From the NCBI GenBank assembly GCA_963849325.1, contig CAWKHF010000006.1, positions 128,001-192,000 of the forward strand: 64,000 nt of DNA, read 5' to 3'. Shown here in pieces: positions 10,740 through 21,753 of the stretch (positions are counted from its first letter, which is position 1; each line of letters starts with the position of its first letter). This stretch comes from an uncultured Planctomycetota bacterium. GTDB lineage: Bacteria > Planctomycetota > Planctomycetia > Gemmatales > Gemmataceae. Made by a program: the position numbers and the translations under genes. The notes beneath the pieces are model-generated. The model was not told the origin of the DNA and made no database searches. It saw only the letters and a list, made by a program, of their open reading frames with translations.

Positions 10740-11066
10740 TCATTCCAGAACTCCCGCGCGGAAGCGCAGGTCGGTCAGGGGGGTATCGGGCAGACGGCGG
10801 CGCAGCTGTTCCAGCAGGCGCCGTTTGTGGAAATGGGCCAGTTCTTGCAGCAGCACGGCGTTGTCGACTGTCACCTCCAGCACGCCGCGGCGCAGGGCGG
10901 CGGGGCGCGTGTGGGCGGCGTGTTCGGCCCCGACGACCTCGGCCCAGGCTCGCTCCAGGTGCAGCCGGTCCTGCCGCCGACCCCAGCCGCGCGCCGTGAA
11001 CAGCCGGCTCAGAATCTCGCCCAGCCGCTCCGGTCCTCGATTGGGCACGTCCCGGCGTATGGCCAT
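10740..11066 (-). CDS. DUF721/DciA family protein
   Basis: WAEVVG...HTRP..LRRGVLEVTVDNAVLLQEL pattern; canonical position between dnaN and gyrB. Confidence 0.85.
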   Translation of the reverse strand: MAIRRDVPNRGPERLGEILSRLFTARGWGRRQDRLHLERAWAEVVGAEHAAHTRPAALRRGVLEVTVDNAVLLQELAHFHKRRLLEQLRRRLPDTPLTDLRFRAGVLE

Positions 11067-11071
11067 GAATC

Positions 11072-11177
11072 AGTTCTGAGTTCTGAGTGCTGAGTTCTGA
11101 GTGCCCAACACACAGTCCTCAGTCTCCTATTTTCTTGCCCGTCTTTACTCAGAACTCAGAACTCAGCACTCAGAACT
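11072..11177. repeat. Inverted heptamer tandem arrays (AGTTCTG)n ... (CAGAACT)n
   Basis: About 4.5 units at 11072-11102 and about 4.5 complementary units at 11147-11177. Confidence 0.85.
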
Positions 11178-12280
11178 ATGTCAGCGGCATGACCAGGTAC
11201 GAATAGTTCGCGCCGCTGCGGAACAGGGCCGGACTGCCGGCGTCGATCAGGTCCAGCGTCAGCTCCGCGTCCGGCGGCAGCACCTTGAGCATGTCCACCA
11301 GGTACGTCGGGTTGAAGCTGATGTCCAGCGTCTTGCCGTCGTACTCGATGGGCAGCTCGACCTTGGACCGCCCGGCCGTCGCGCCCTGGGCCTTGAGCGT
11401 CAGGTTGTCCTTGGCGAAGCGGAAGGTCACGCGCTTGCTGTCCTCGTCGGTCATGATGGCCGCCTGCCGCACCGCCGCTTGGAACGGCACCGCTTGCAGG
11501 ACGACCCGCACCGCCTGCTTTTTCGGCATCACCTGGCGGTAATCGGGGAAGCGGCCCTCGACGAGCCGGCTGTAGATCACCGCCCGCTCGGTGCGGAACA
11601 GCACCTCGTTGGGCCGCAGACAGATGCGCACCGGTTTCCTCGTCGTCCTGCAGGTTGCGTTCGAGCAGGCTCATGGCCTTGGTCGGCACCACGGGCGTCT
11701 GTCCCCGCGTCGTGTGGCCGCCGTGGCCGGTGGCGGTCCCCTGGGCCAGGGCCAGGCGCCGGCCATCGGTCGCCACCAGGCGAGCGATGTTGTCTTCCAG
11801 CTCCCACATGACGCCGGTCATCGAGTAACGGGCCGTCTCGTCGGCGGCGGCGAACACGGTGCGGCGGATCATCTCGCGCAGACTGCCGGCCGTGATCTCG
11901 TGAAACTTGTCCTCGGCGAAGGTCGGCAGGTCGGGAAACTGCGCCGGATCCTCGCTGGGCATCTCGAACTCCAGCGACGGTCCCTTGACCACGCAGGCGC
12001 TGGGATCGGCCTCGATCTCCAGCTCGTCGTCGCGCGTCTCGCGCAGGATGGCGAGCAGCTTGGCCGCCGGCAGGATCGCCTCGCCCGGTTCCTGGATGGT
12101 CAACCCTTGCACGTCCAGGCGGATGCCGACCTCCATGTCGGTGGCCATGAGGGTGCAGCGGCCGTCGCTGGCGATGGCCTTGATGTTCTTCAGGATCGGC
12201 TTGACGTCGCGGGCCGGAATGGCCGCGCTGACCAGCTGGCAGGCTGCCAGCAATCCCTCGCGATGACAGATGGCCTTCAT
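11176..12280 (-). CDS. dnaN: DNA polymerase III beta clamp (one apparent frameshift near 11630)
   Basis: LMATDMEVGI, LVATDGRRLA, SRLVEGRFPDY, FNPTYLVD, YLVMP motifs. Confidence 0.95.
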
Positions 12281-12597
12281 GCAATCCTCCTTGCCCTGCC
12301 GGCTCATGCCGGCCGTTTACCCCAAATGAATCCTTACTTCTCTATATCCCCAGCAGTCGTATTGAGGTGAGACCTCAAACGGTTACTTCCTCTACTACCG
12401 GCACCTGTTATCCTTGCGGGATCAAGGGTTGCGCTTGTGTTCCCGTTGTGGAAATCCCGTCGATCGCCTGTCGCGCCGGCATCGGTTGGCGTCGAGCGAA
12501 TCAGGCCGATCCGCACGGCGACGGCGAAGGCGGGCGGATACCGTCGCCTCGCGACGGGCACTCATCGAGCCGACAACGGGTTTTCCACCAGGTTGTG
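12281..12597. promoter_or_regulatory. dnaA-dnaN intergenic region, candidate oriC
   Basis: Position; locally lower GC; degenerate DnaA-box-like 9-mers (TTTTCCACC near 12581, TGTGGAAAT near 12447, ATATCCCCA near 12344). Confidence 0.35.
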
Positions 12598-13587
12598 TCA
12601 TGCGAGGTCCGCGTGCAGCTGCCGCACGGCCCCGGACAGGCGAATGTCTGAGGCGAGGGCTTGTTCGACCTTGCGGCAGGCGTGCAGGACGGTGCTGTGG
12701 TCTCGTCCGCCGAAGTACGAGCCGATCTGCTGCAACGACAGCTCGGTCAGCTGGCGGGCCAGGTACATGCCGACCTGGCGGGGCAGCAGAACGCCGCGCG
12801 ATCGGCTCCGCGCTTGCAGCTGCCGCGGCTCGACCTGGAAATACCGGCCGACGCGCTGGGCGATGCGTTCCACCGTGGGCCGGCCCGCCGACGCCTCCAC
12901 GTCGAAATGCTCGGCGATCCTTTCGACGCCGAGCGGTTGGCCCGGAAGGGGAGTCAGGCTCGCCAGGCGGGCCACAGCCCCTTCGAGCTGGCGGACACTG
13001 CCGGGAACATGGTCGGCCAGCCAGTCGATTGCGTCCGGCCCCACCTTCAGTCCACGCCGATGGAGACGATCTTGCAAGAAGGTCCGCCGGCTGTGCGGCG
13101 ATAACGGTCCCAGACCGACGACCAGACCGCTGCCCAGCCGGCTTGCCACCCGCGCCGGCAGATGAGCCAGTTGCGCCGGTCCTCCCAGGGCCGTGAATAC
13201 CAGCTGCTGTCCGCGCGACAGGCCGCGATCCATCAGATGTACAAATGTTTCCTCGACGCGCGCGGGCAAGTGTTGCACGTCCTCGACCACGAGCAAGTCC
13301 GCCTGCCGGGCCGCTTTCAGATCTTCCCGGTCGGCGTCGGATCGAAGCAGCGACTCGACATCGCCCGCAGCGAGCCGCGCGACTTGCAAGTCGGGTGCTC
13401 GTCCGGTGACGTCGGACAGCAGGGCCGAGACGAGATGACTTTTGCCGGTGCCGGCGGGTCCGTACAGGAACAGCGGATTGATAGTCCGTCGCGGGCCGCG
13501 TCCGCAGACGCAGTCGGCCACGCGCTCGACGGCCAGCCGCGCCGCCTCGTTCTCCGCCAGCGGGACCCAACTCGCAAACGTCTGCAT
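12598..13587 (-). CDS. dnaA: DnaA-family replication initiator, short form (AAA+ plus domain IV only)
   Basis: NPLFLYGPAGTGKSHL Walker A, LLVVEDVQHL Walker B, SVRQLEGA, PRQVGMYLAR, GGRDHSTVLHA; alternative start 13641. Confidence 0.88.
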   Translation of the reverse strand: MQTFASWVPLAENEAARLAVERVADCVCGRGPRRTINPLFLYGPAGTGKSHLVSALLSDVTGRAPDLQVARLAAGDVESLLRSDADREDLKAARQADLLVVEDVQHLPARVEETFVHLMDRGLSRGQQLVFTALGGPAQLAHLPARVASRLGSGLVVGLGPLSPHSRRTFLQDRLHRRGLKVGPDAIDWLADHVPGSVRQLEGAVARLASLTPLPGQPLGVERIAEHFDVEASAGRPTVERIAQRVGRYFQVEPRQLQARSRSRGVLLPRQVGMYLARQLTELSLQQIGSYFGGRDHSTVLHACRKVEQALASDIRLSGAVRQLHADLA

Positions 13588-13852
13588 GCCCTTGCGCTTC
13601 GCCTCGCTATGGTTCGGTCTTCCCTCTGCAGCTGACATCATTTTAGCGAAATCCGCCCCCCGCCACAAGCACAATCGTCGTAACGAAACTTCTTGTGCGC
13701 CAAGGAGATAAGTACGAGATCGCCCCAACCTCCCTCGGAACGAACGTTCACCCTTTCGGGAGGGGTGACGCACCAGCGGCCCGCATGTTCGGCACAATCG
13801 TAACTCCTTACAATGCAAGGCGTATCCTTGAAGCGGGATTGGAGGGCCGGGC

Positions 13853-14526
13853 ATGATGTTCGAGATGGCCGAGGAATGCCTTTCGCTAGGTCTGCGCCGA
13901 GGTCCGTCATCTTCCGCGACGTGCGTATCGCCGCCGCTGGACCCGACCTGCGGGCGGAGATCGGTCGGGAAGTGCGGGCCGTCCGCGATCGGTTCGCCAC
14001 TCCGGCCGAGGTGCGCTCCGGTGCGGAGGTGGCGGCGTTTCAGGCGCTGCATCGCCGCGTCGGTGTCAATCCGCGCAAGGAGTCGTCCTCGGTCGAGCGC
14101 TTGCTCCTCCTCGCCCTCAAGCGCGGCGAACTGCCCGCCATCAACAGTCTGGTCGATGCGTATAACCTTGTCTCGCTGCGCACACGCTGCTCGCTGGGGG
14201 CGCACGACCTCGACGCGATCACCCTGCCGGTGGGTCTGCGCCTGCTGACCGGCCGGGAGTCGTTCACGCCGCTAGGCGAGACGACGCCCGTGGCCGTCGT
14301 GCCCGGCGAGTACGGTTACGTGGATGCGGCGGATCGGCTGTTGTGCCGGCTCGACGTGCGCCAGGCGGACTTCAGCAAGGTGACGCAGCGCACGCGCAAC
14401 GTGCTACTGATCGTCGAGGGGACCGCCGAGCACGCTCCGGACGTGCTGCGCCAGGCGATGGTGGAGGTGATCGAGCAGGTGAGGCGCTCTTGTGGAGGGA
14501 CGGCGGAAATCGCCGCGCAGCCCTGA
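13853..14526 (+). CDS. B3/B4 tRNA-binding/editing domain protein (PheRS beta-related; frameshift near 13900)
   Basis: SSVERLL...LPAINSLVDAYNLVSL...LGAHDLD, GEYGYVD, TRNVLLIVEG. Confidence 0.85.
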
Positions 14527-14540
14527 AGGATCGATGGCCC

Positions 14541-15314
14541 TTATTCCTCGGCCGGCTCGTCGGACAACGTCGGCCCCGGTTCGGCCGTCAGCGCGTCGCG
14601 CCAGAACGACGGCACGTCCGCCCACGCCGCCTCGTAGGTCGCTTCCAGCGGCACCGAGACGTAGACCTCGGGCGTCAGAAAGAGCGGCATGTCCGGCAGC
14701 GGCAATCCGACCGCGACCGGCTGAACGAACGCCTCCGGGCATGGTCCCCCGATGTACGCGGCGAGGGTGAGCCGGCGATCCGGGGGCAGCGCGAACGGCT
14801 CCTCCTCGATCTCGTCCCAGATGGCCTTGTGAAGCCCATACGGGTCGCGCGAACTCGGTGGAAACAAATCCAGGAGCAGCAGATGGACGCCGGCCCGCAG
14901 CATCTCGCCAACCTTGTCCACCAGCGACCGCAAGCCGTGCCGATTGTTCTTGTTCCCCGGCGAAACGATCTCGACGATGGCGATGACCTGGTGATTGCTC
15001 TTGTGGCGAATCACAACCAACTTGGTCCGGGTGGCGTACAGTTCCGTCTCGCTGCGCCGCCGATACTCGACGCGCGGCGGGGTCGTGGCGAGGGCGATGC
15101 CTCCCGTCGGATCTCCGCGAGGCGGCGAGCCGTTGGCGGGCCGTTGCAGGGTGAGGACATCCGGGCCGAGACCTCCGGCGGTCTGCTCCGCCAGGGCGTA
15201 ATACTCCGGCGGCAGGAGTCCACGGTTCAAGGCGCGCCGGATTTCCGTGATCCAGGTGTGGTGAAAGTCGTGAAAGATGCTCGCATCAACGCGCGTCCAG
15301 TCGTGAATCGGCAT
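14541..15314 (-). CDS. DUF4058 family protein (restriction-endonuclease-like fold)
   Basis: MPIHDWTRVD..IFHDFH N-terminus; AIVEIVSPGNK; GVHLLLLDLFPP; LPDMPLFL. Confidence 0.85.
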   Translation of the reverse strand: MPIHDWTRVDASIFHDFHHTWITEIRRALNRGLLPPEYYALAEQTAGGLGPDVLTLQRPANGSPPRGDPTGGIALATTPPRVEYRRRSETELYATRTKLVVIRHKSNHQVIAIVEIVSPGNKNNRHGLRSLVDKVGEMLRAGVHLLLLDLFPPSSRDPYGLHKAIWDEIEEEPFALPPDRRLTLAAYIGGPCPEAFVQPVAVGLPLPDMPLFLTPEVYVSVPLEATYEAAWADVPSFWRDALTAEPGPTLSDEPAEE

Positions 15315-15422
15315 GGGGTTCTCTTTCGCCGGGAGGAGGGAGAATCGATCCAGGATTATTCTATGCCGAAAGGGCTATAACGATTCGGGGAGATTGCCAA
15401 CGTCATTGCACGAGAGGGAGCC

Positions 15423-15794
15423 ATGAATCCGCTGGCCGAGATCCTCTACGACATCCTGCGCCAACGGACTTCGCTGGTCGATCCGCGTATCACTTACGCT
15501 GAGTTGGCTGAGCAGGTGCGCGACGCCGGCGCGACCTTCGAGTGGGTCCATCATCGCAGCCGGCAGTTGTACGCCGCCCTGGCTGAGGTCGGCGCCGAGT
15601 GCCGGCGCTTGCGGCTGCCGCCGCTGCCCGCCCTCGTCGTGCGAGCCGACACAGGCCGGCCAGGCGACGCCTACTACGAGGGGAAATGTACGGGCATCGT
15701 CTACCGCGGCGAGCGCATCGCCGGCTGGCGCCGAGACCTGGAGGCGGTGAAAGGGACCGCGTATCCCGCGCGAGACATTCGTTCCAAAGATTAA
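15423..15794 (+). CDS. Hypothetical protein
   Basis: GGGAG RBS; ITYAELA...LPPLPALVV..DTGRPGDAYY pattern. Confidence 0.7.
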   Translation: MNPLAEILYDILRQRTSLVDPRITYAELAEQVRDAGATFEWVHHRSRQLYAALAEVGAECRRLRLPPLPALVVRADTGRPGDAYYEGKCTGIVYRGERIAGWRRDLEAVKGTAYPARDIRSKD

Positions 15795-15867
15795 TCACGG
15801 ATAACACGGATAAAGAAAGGGAATTCATCTTTCTTTCTTTATCTGTGTTATCCGTGTTATCCGTGGT
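15794..15867. repeat. Inverted nonamer tandem arrays (CACGGATAA)2 ... (TTATCYGTG)3
   Basis: Direct reading; lies between two convergent genes. Confidence 0.85.
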
Positions 15868-15887
15868 TCTTTTCTTCCCTCGGATGG

Positions 15888-17187
15888 CTAGAAGACTTCG
15901 CGTCGAGATACGAACAGCAGCAAACTACCATCTTCGCGGATGCCGGCGTCCTGCTCCTCGGCGCTGATGCCGTGCCGCCCCTCGGCGGCGCTGAGGCTGT
16001 AACGGCCTTCGCGCCGCGAGCTGCCGCAAGCCGGCGTCGAAGACGCCGCGCTCCAGCGGCAGTGCCCGCCGCAGGGCGACCAGGCTGACGTGGTTGTGCG
16101 AGCCGTGCGCGCGGTCCAGCCGTGCGAACGCCTCCTCGAAGCGAGACGGGAAATCCAGCGGTGTCGGTGCCGGCTTCGGCTCGGAGGGAGGCGCCGCCGT
16201 CGTCACGGGTGGAGCTACGGTCGCTGACGAACCGGCGTTGACGTCCGCGAGGAGAAACAACAGGGGTTTTTTCTTGCTGAGCAGGACGCCAATCCCATCG
16301 GGCAGGGGAGGCGCGCTCAGTCGCCGGCTCACGGCGTCGGTGAAAGAGACTTGCAAGCTCTTGTGTAGCTTCTTTTTCAGATCGGCCACCGACAGGATCT
16401 GGTTATCCGGCGTTCGCGTCGCGGCGATCACCTTGAAGAGCAATAGGGGCGAGGCGAGGAGGCGCTCGGCGTCGTCCGCCAGCGCGGTGGGGCTGTCCGC
16501 GCGGCTCGGCAGGGCGAGGACGGCCTGGCTACGGAAGGGTTCGCGGCCCACGGACTGCTTTCGCGTCGTTGCGCTGGCGGGGAGGCCGGTCAACTCATAG
16601 AGGCGGTCCAGCGGCACCGGATAAGCATCCACTCCGCGCAGACGCTGCTCGCTCAACACCTGCACCAGCTTTTCGCTCAGCTCCTCGGCGGGTTTCTTCT
16701 TCGGCGGCGGCGGCGGTGGCGGTGGCAATCGCTGCAGATACAGGTACGGCTTGTTCTTCACGGTCAGCACGCCGACGGCCGGCGGTAGGGTATTGTCGGC
16801 GATGTGTCGTTCCAGCGCCGCCCGGAACGCCGGCTGCAGCGCCTTGTCCACCTTGATGACGACCTTCGCCGGCGTATGCACCGGCTTCTCGGCGCTGCAC
16901 ACCCGTCCCAGGGCGAATTCCAGGAGCTGGGGGCTGGCGGCGAGTCGTTCGGCGTCCTCGGCGAGGGCGATGGGGCTGCTGGCGTCCTTCTTGCTCGCGG
17001 GAATCCATTGGGATGCGAATGGTTTCTTGGCCAGTGCCTTGCCTACCTGCTCGGGTGTTGCCTGCGGATCGGCCAGGGCGGCGAGCCGATCCACGGTCAA
17101 CGGATAGTCACTGCCCGACTGCCGCTGCCGTTCGAGGGCGTCCAGCAGCTTCCGGGCCAGTTCGGCGATGGTGTCCGCTTTCGGCAT
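15888..17187 (-). CDS. Hypothetical protein with internal duplication (frameshift near 16020)
   Basis: ORF 15925-17208 plus shifted tail ...GRYSLSAAEGRHG...LLFVSRREVF*; repeated SP(I/T)ALA(E/D)DAERL.ASP.LL motif. Confidence 0.7.
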
Positions 17188-17198
17188 GGCCGGTTCCC

Positions 17199-17813
17199 TC
17201 AGCGCCATTGGGCGAAGCGGCGCAGCATCTCCAGGCCGACGCGCTGGCTCTTCTCGGGATGGAACTGCGTGGCGAAGACGTTGTCCTGCCAGACGGCCGA
17301 CGCGAACGGCGTCGGATAATCGGTCTCGGTCGCCGTCAGGTCCGGGTCGCGCGGCACGACGTAATAGGAGTGGACGAAGTAGACCGACGACTCGGGCGGC
17401 AGGCCAGCCAGCGGCGGCGCCGGCTTGCGGACGCGCAGCTGGTTCCAGCCCATGTGCGGCACCTTCAGTCCCGGCATGTCCGGGAAGCGCACGACCTCAC
17501 CCGGGAAGTAGTCGAGCCCGCGATGGTGGCCGTCCTCGTGGCTGGTGGTGAACAGCAGCTGCAGGCCCAGGCAGATGCCGAAGAACGGTTTGCCGCCGCG
17601 CAGATGTTCCAGGAGCGGCGCGGTCAGGCCGGCCTCGTGCAGCCGAGCGATGGCGTCGCGGAAGGCGCCGACGCCCGGCAGCACGACCTTGTCCGCCTCG
17701 GCGATGCGGTTGGGATCGCCGCTGATGTCCGCGGCGTGGCCGACCTTCTCGAACGCCTTCTGCACGCTGCGCAGGTTGGCCATACCATAATCGATAATGA
17801 GGATCTTTTTCAT
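17199..17813 (-). CDS. hisH: Imidazole glycerol phosphate synthase glutaminase subunit
   Basis: IIDYGMANLRSV, LPGVGAF, GICLGLQ, PHMGWN, YFVHSY, QFHPEKS. Confidence 0.96.
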   Translation of the reverse strand: MKKILIIDYGMANLRSVQKAFEKVGHAADISGDPNRIAEADKVVLPGVGAFRDAIARLHEAGLTAPLLEHLRGGKPFFGICLGLQLLFTTSHEDGHHRGLDYFPGEVVRFPDMPGLKVPHMGWNQLRVRKPAPPLAGLPPESSVYFVHSYYVVPRDPDLTATETDYPTPFASAVWQDNVFATQFHPEKSQRVGLEMLRRFAQWR

Positions 17814-17823
17814 GGCGATTGCT

Positions 17824-18260
17824 TCAATACAGCTCGTAGATGTGTTCTCCGCCGTGAGCGGGATTGCCGGTCAGGACACGATTGCGCAGATCCACGACGA
17901 GATCGAGATGCTCCAGGGGCAATTGGCCGATCAGCACCGGCACGCTATCGGGAACCTCCATCACATCCATGGTGCAGGCGCGTCCCTGGATGGTGAGTCG
18001 GACGGCCTCGAACATGCCGGCTTCCGATACGCCGATGCTGCTCGTGACGTGCTTGGAGCCGGTGCGCGACAAGCCGAGCTGCTGAATCAACCGGGTCGGC
18101 ATCGACAATAAGGTCGCCCCCGTATCGACGAGGGCGTCCGGGACGACGATGCGCCGGGCCTGGTCGGCGGGCAGACGGCCGCGCTCGACGTCCCAGAGGT
18201 CTTTCAAGCTCTCGATGGTGGCTTCCGTGGTGACGCCCCCATAGGAATCTCCGATTTCAT
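17824..18260 (-). CDS. Clan AA (retropepsin-like) aspartic protease (frameshift near 18235)
   Basis: ALVDTGAT catalytic motif; VLIGQLPLEHLDLVVD. Confidence 0.85.
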
Positions 18261-18303
18261 GGACCGCTCTCCTCTTTTTATCGTGCCGATCCGAACTCTG
18301 GCG

Positions 18304-19735
18304 TCAGGGTTGTGTTCTCGTTCGCCGCACGCGCAGGCGCAATGTCTTCTCGATAAGCCGGCGATGCCAACGTCCGCGTTCCTCCAGTGTGCTCGAAATC
18401 CTCGGTTTTGTCCACCGTCCCCGTCTTCGTATTGACCCACTCGGCCCGGTACGCGCCGGCCGGCATCTCCATTTCCAGAGTCGCTTGCGTGCCGCCCTTG
18501 ACGTACACCGCATACGTCCGTCCTGGCGCGGCCAGTACGCGCGCCGTCGCCTTCGCCTCCGGCGGATTGCCGGTCAGCGCCGCCGTGACGCGGCCGCCCT
18601 TGAGGACGCTATTGTCCGGCCGCATCGACACGAAATCGAGGCCGTCCATGAACTCCTTGAGGATTTGCAGCTGCTTGCGCAGCGCCGGCCCGCCGCCGCC
18701 GGGCGAAGTCGTCACCTTCGCCGTCCCATCCGGGTGCTTGCAGGTGAACGAATAATCGAGGTTACTGTACACGGCGCCGCCGGCCAGCAGGAAGTCCCAG
18801 CCTTCGGTGCGGTAGGGCAGGTCGCCCGTGCCGCGAAAGCCGGTCTCGTCATCGCCGACGGGCCGGGCGAGCTTGGCATTGACGGCCACGCTGTCGGGCG
18901 GCGTCGCATAGTGGAAGTTGAAGAGAGAGACGTGCGGGTTCGGTCTGTCGATCTTCTTCGAGCCGTTGGCGATGTTCTGGGCGATCAGGTGCCGCCGGCC
19001 GTCGGCATCGCGGAGGACGGCGACGATGCGGTCGTTCCACTCGCGCGTCACGCCGCCGAAATAAGGCTCATTGCAGACCTCATAATACAGGTTATCGAAG
19101 TCCTTCAGCTCGGCGGCGAGCTTGCGCACGAGTGCTTCCTGCGCGGCGGTCAGCGCCTTGTCCTTGAGCGTATACACGTCGAGCCGGCCGACCTTTCCGG
19201 CGCCCTGCACGTTGTTGGCGGCGTTCATGGGGTTGACCGCCCATAGCTTGTCGTCGTAGATGGTGCAGAACAGCGACAGCTCGACGACGATGCCGCGTTT
19301 GCCGGCCTCGGCGACGAAGTCCTTGAGGCGAGCGAAGTAGTCCGCGTCCCATTTCCCCAGATCGAACTGGTTGCCGCCGTCGCCAGCCCCGCCCCTGCCG
19401 CTGCGCGCCACGGGCAGAGGAAACGGCCGGGCGCCGGCGCCAGCGTGTTCTCGACGATGCCGAACGAGCCGGGTATCTCGCGGTAGGTGCCGGCGAACGT
19501 GCGCGTGAGGTTGAACCGTGCGCGCCTGCAACTCGTTGAGGTAGGGAACGTAATCGAAATCGCGGTTGAGTACGGCGCCGTAGTGCTCGCCGGAGGTGAC
19601 GAGCACGGCCGGCTTGCCGCGAAAGAGGAAGTAATGCGGATTGTCGGGATGCAGAGCGAGCGGTTTGTCGGCCGCCCGCGCCGGCAGGGCCGTCAGGGAC
19701 AAAACAAGGAGCGCCCATCGGACGGATATTCGCAT
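18304..19735 (-). CDS. Secreted glycoside-hydrolase-like protein (clan GH-A-like TIM barrel; frameshifted)
   Basis: Signal peptide; HPDNPHYFLFRGKP, YYEVCNEP, FNFHY, DDETGF; C-terminal beta domain. Confidence 0.7.
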
Positions 19736-20080
19736 GGTCCTGTCCTTCGCCGGGCCAGGAGGACTCTTCCTACCCGGCAAGATTTTTATTCCCCGGTTTG
19801 ACAGTCCGGGATTGTGACTTATGGTTTTGTAGGAAAAAGCAGTCGTTTGTGTCGGGCCGACGATCTCTCCTTGCGAGGCTCCCGGCCCCTTCCAGACCCC
19901 CCTCGACACGCGCTGCTTCTCAGAATGAAATCTCCCCACGCCGATACTTTCCCCTCGCAACGGTAAGACCTCCCCAGCTACGAGTCAGGCCACGGCACCG
20001 CCGCGCTCGTTACCCTGTGTGCGGTAGTCGGCCTGCCTCCCGGAAGACAACGTCCCGATAACCCGTCACCCCACCGGAGA

Positions 20081-21558
20081 ATGGCAATGCCCGTCCTGTT
20101 CCGTTTCCTCCGCGAACTCGGAATCCACACGACACCACGCCCGCGCCCGCGCCGGTACGGCACCGCATCCGGCCATTGCTCGAAACGCTGGAAGACCGCT
20201 TGCAACCGTCAGCCTGTAGTACCGCCGTCGTGGAACCGCCCGCGCATCAGCCGCCGTCGCCGGCTTGCGGGAGCGGCACGGACGGGGGCCACTCCGATAA
20301 AGACAATCACTCGGACAAAGACAATCACTCGGACAAAGACAAATGCGTGGGCGGCACGGACGGGGCCCAGTCGAACCAAGACCATCACTCGGACAAAGAC
20401 AAATCGTCGAACCAAGATAATCACTCGGACAAAGACAAATCGCCGGACAAAGACAAACACGATGCGCCTCCGCCGCCGGATCATGGGGGAGGCCCTTCGG
20501 GCACCAATTCGGTGTTCAGCGAAAGCGACGTGCTGGTCGCCTCCAAGATGGATACGACCAACGGCACCTTCAACGTCTGGTACAGTGATGAGCACGCCCT
20601 GGCCCTGGGCGTTCGCGAGGTCATCGTCAAGACGGCCAGCGGCACCACGGTCACGGACTATCCGACCACTCCGCTCACCTCCAATCCCGGCGCCGCTACC
20701 AATCCCGCCGTGGGCACGACCGCGACCACGGGCGACCAGGCGGGGACCGATGCCTACGGCTATCTGCTGACGCCCTCGTTGTACATCACGGACAACACCA
20801 CCGGCGTCTCCAGCAGCGTGGCCATCACACCCAGTGCCGTGTTCGGCACCTGGAAGTACTTCGTGCGGACGGTCGATTACACCCATTCGACGACGACACC
20901 CACCATAACGATGACGGCGGACTCCGATCCCGCCAAGAACGGCTGGAACCTGGGTGCCGGCGCCGATGCTCCACCGTCGGGCCTGTCCACCCAGGGCTAC
21001 ACGTCGGAGGTGCGCTGGAACCTGAACGACCTGTATCAGCAGGGCGTGCTCAAGGTGGGCGACAGCTATAGCTTCAAGGTCATCGTTCACGATGGCGATC
21101 AGAACAAGGCCGGCGGCGACGCCGGGGAAGCCATCTACAACGTGGGGACCTACTGCGGCCCGACCTCGAACTCCGGCACGCCGCCGACCAGCCTGTCGGG
21201 GTCCGTTTACAACGTGACCAACGGTGGCCAGGCCGCCCTGTCCGGCGTGATGTTGACCCTCACGGGAACCACCGCCAGCGGCCAGACGGTGAACCTAACG
21301 ACCACGACGGCGGCGGACGGATCGTACTCGTTCTCGAACGTGTTGCCAGGGACGTACACCATCACCCAGACCGTCCCGTCAGGCATGACCGACACGGCGA
21401 CCAGTCCGGGAACGGTCGCCGGCGCGACGGACGGCTCGGTGGCGACGCAGGGGGTCATCGACCAGATTCATCTACTCTGCGGCAACACGGGCGTGAACTA
21501 CGATTTCGACGACGCCAGTTCCGCCAGCACCACCCCCATCACCATCATCACCGCCTGA
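20081..21558 (+). CDS. Secreted/surface protein with Planctomycete LE.LEDR signature and C-terminal SdrD B-like domain (frameshift near 20170)
   Basis: Arg-rich N-terminus then LETLEDR; LSGVMLTLTG...TTTTAADGSYSFSNVLPGTYTITQT. Confidence 0.75.
20290..20460 (+). repeat. Coding tandem repeats (HSDKDN/HSDKDK)
   Basis: Repeated CACTCGGACAAAGACAA units. Confidence 0.8.
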
Positions 21559-21753
21559 TACGGAGCGATTCGAGGTCTGATCGACGAGCGGCCGGGGGAG
21601 TCGTTGTCGCGACAACGACTCCCCTATCTTTTTCCCTTCACGGCGTCGGGGGTGACTCCAGAGGGAGCCAACGACTCGGAAGGAGGACTTTTCTTCCCCG
21701 TTCGCGGTGCGCCTGTTGACAAAAGAGGTCATATAAGGGTTCGGCGGGCTTGC

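Noticed and set aside
8180-12280. gyrB, dnaN and many other genes as pseudogenes or programmed frameshifts
   Set aside because: Indels are scattered across essential and accessory genes, with intact motifs and no recurring slippery sites; sequencing error is the simpler explanation.
13642-14205. Long N-terminal extension of DnaA in the ORF track
   Set aside because: It overlaps the plus-strand B3/B4 gene and shows no DnaA domain I features.
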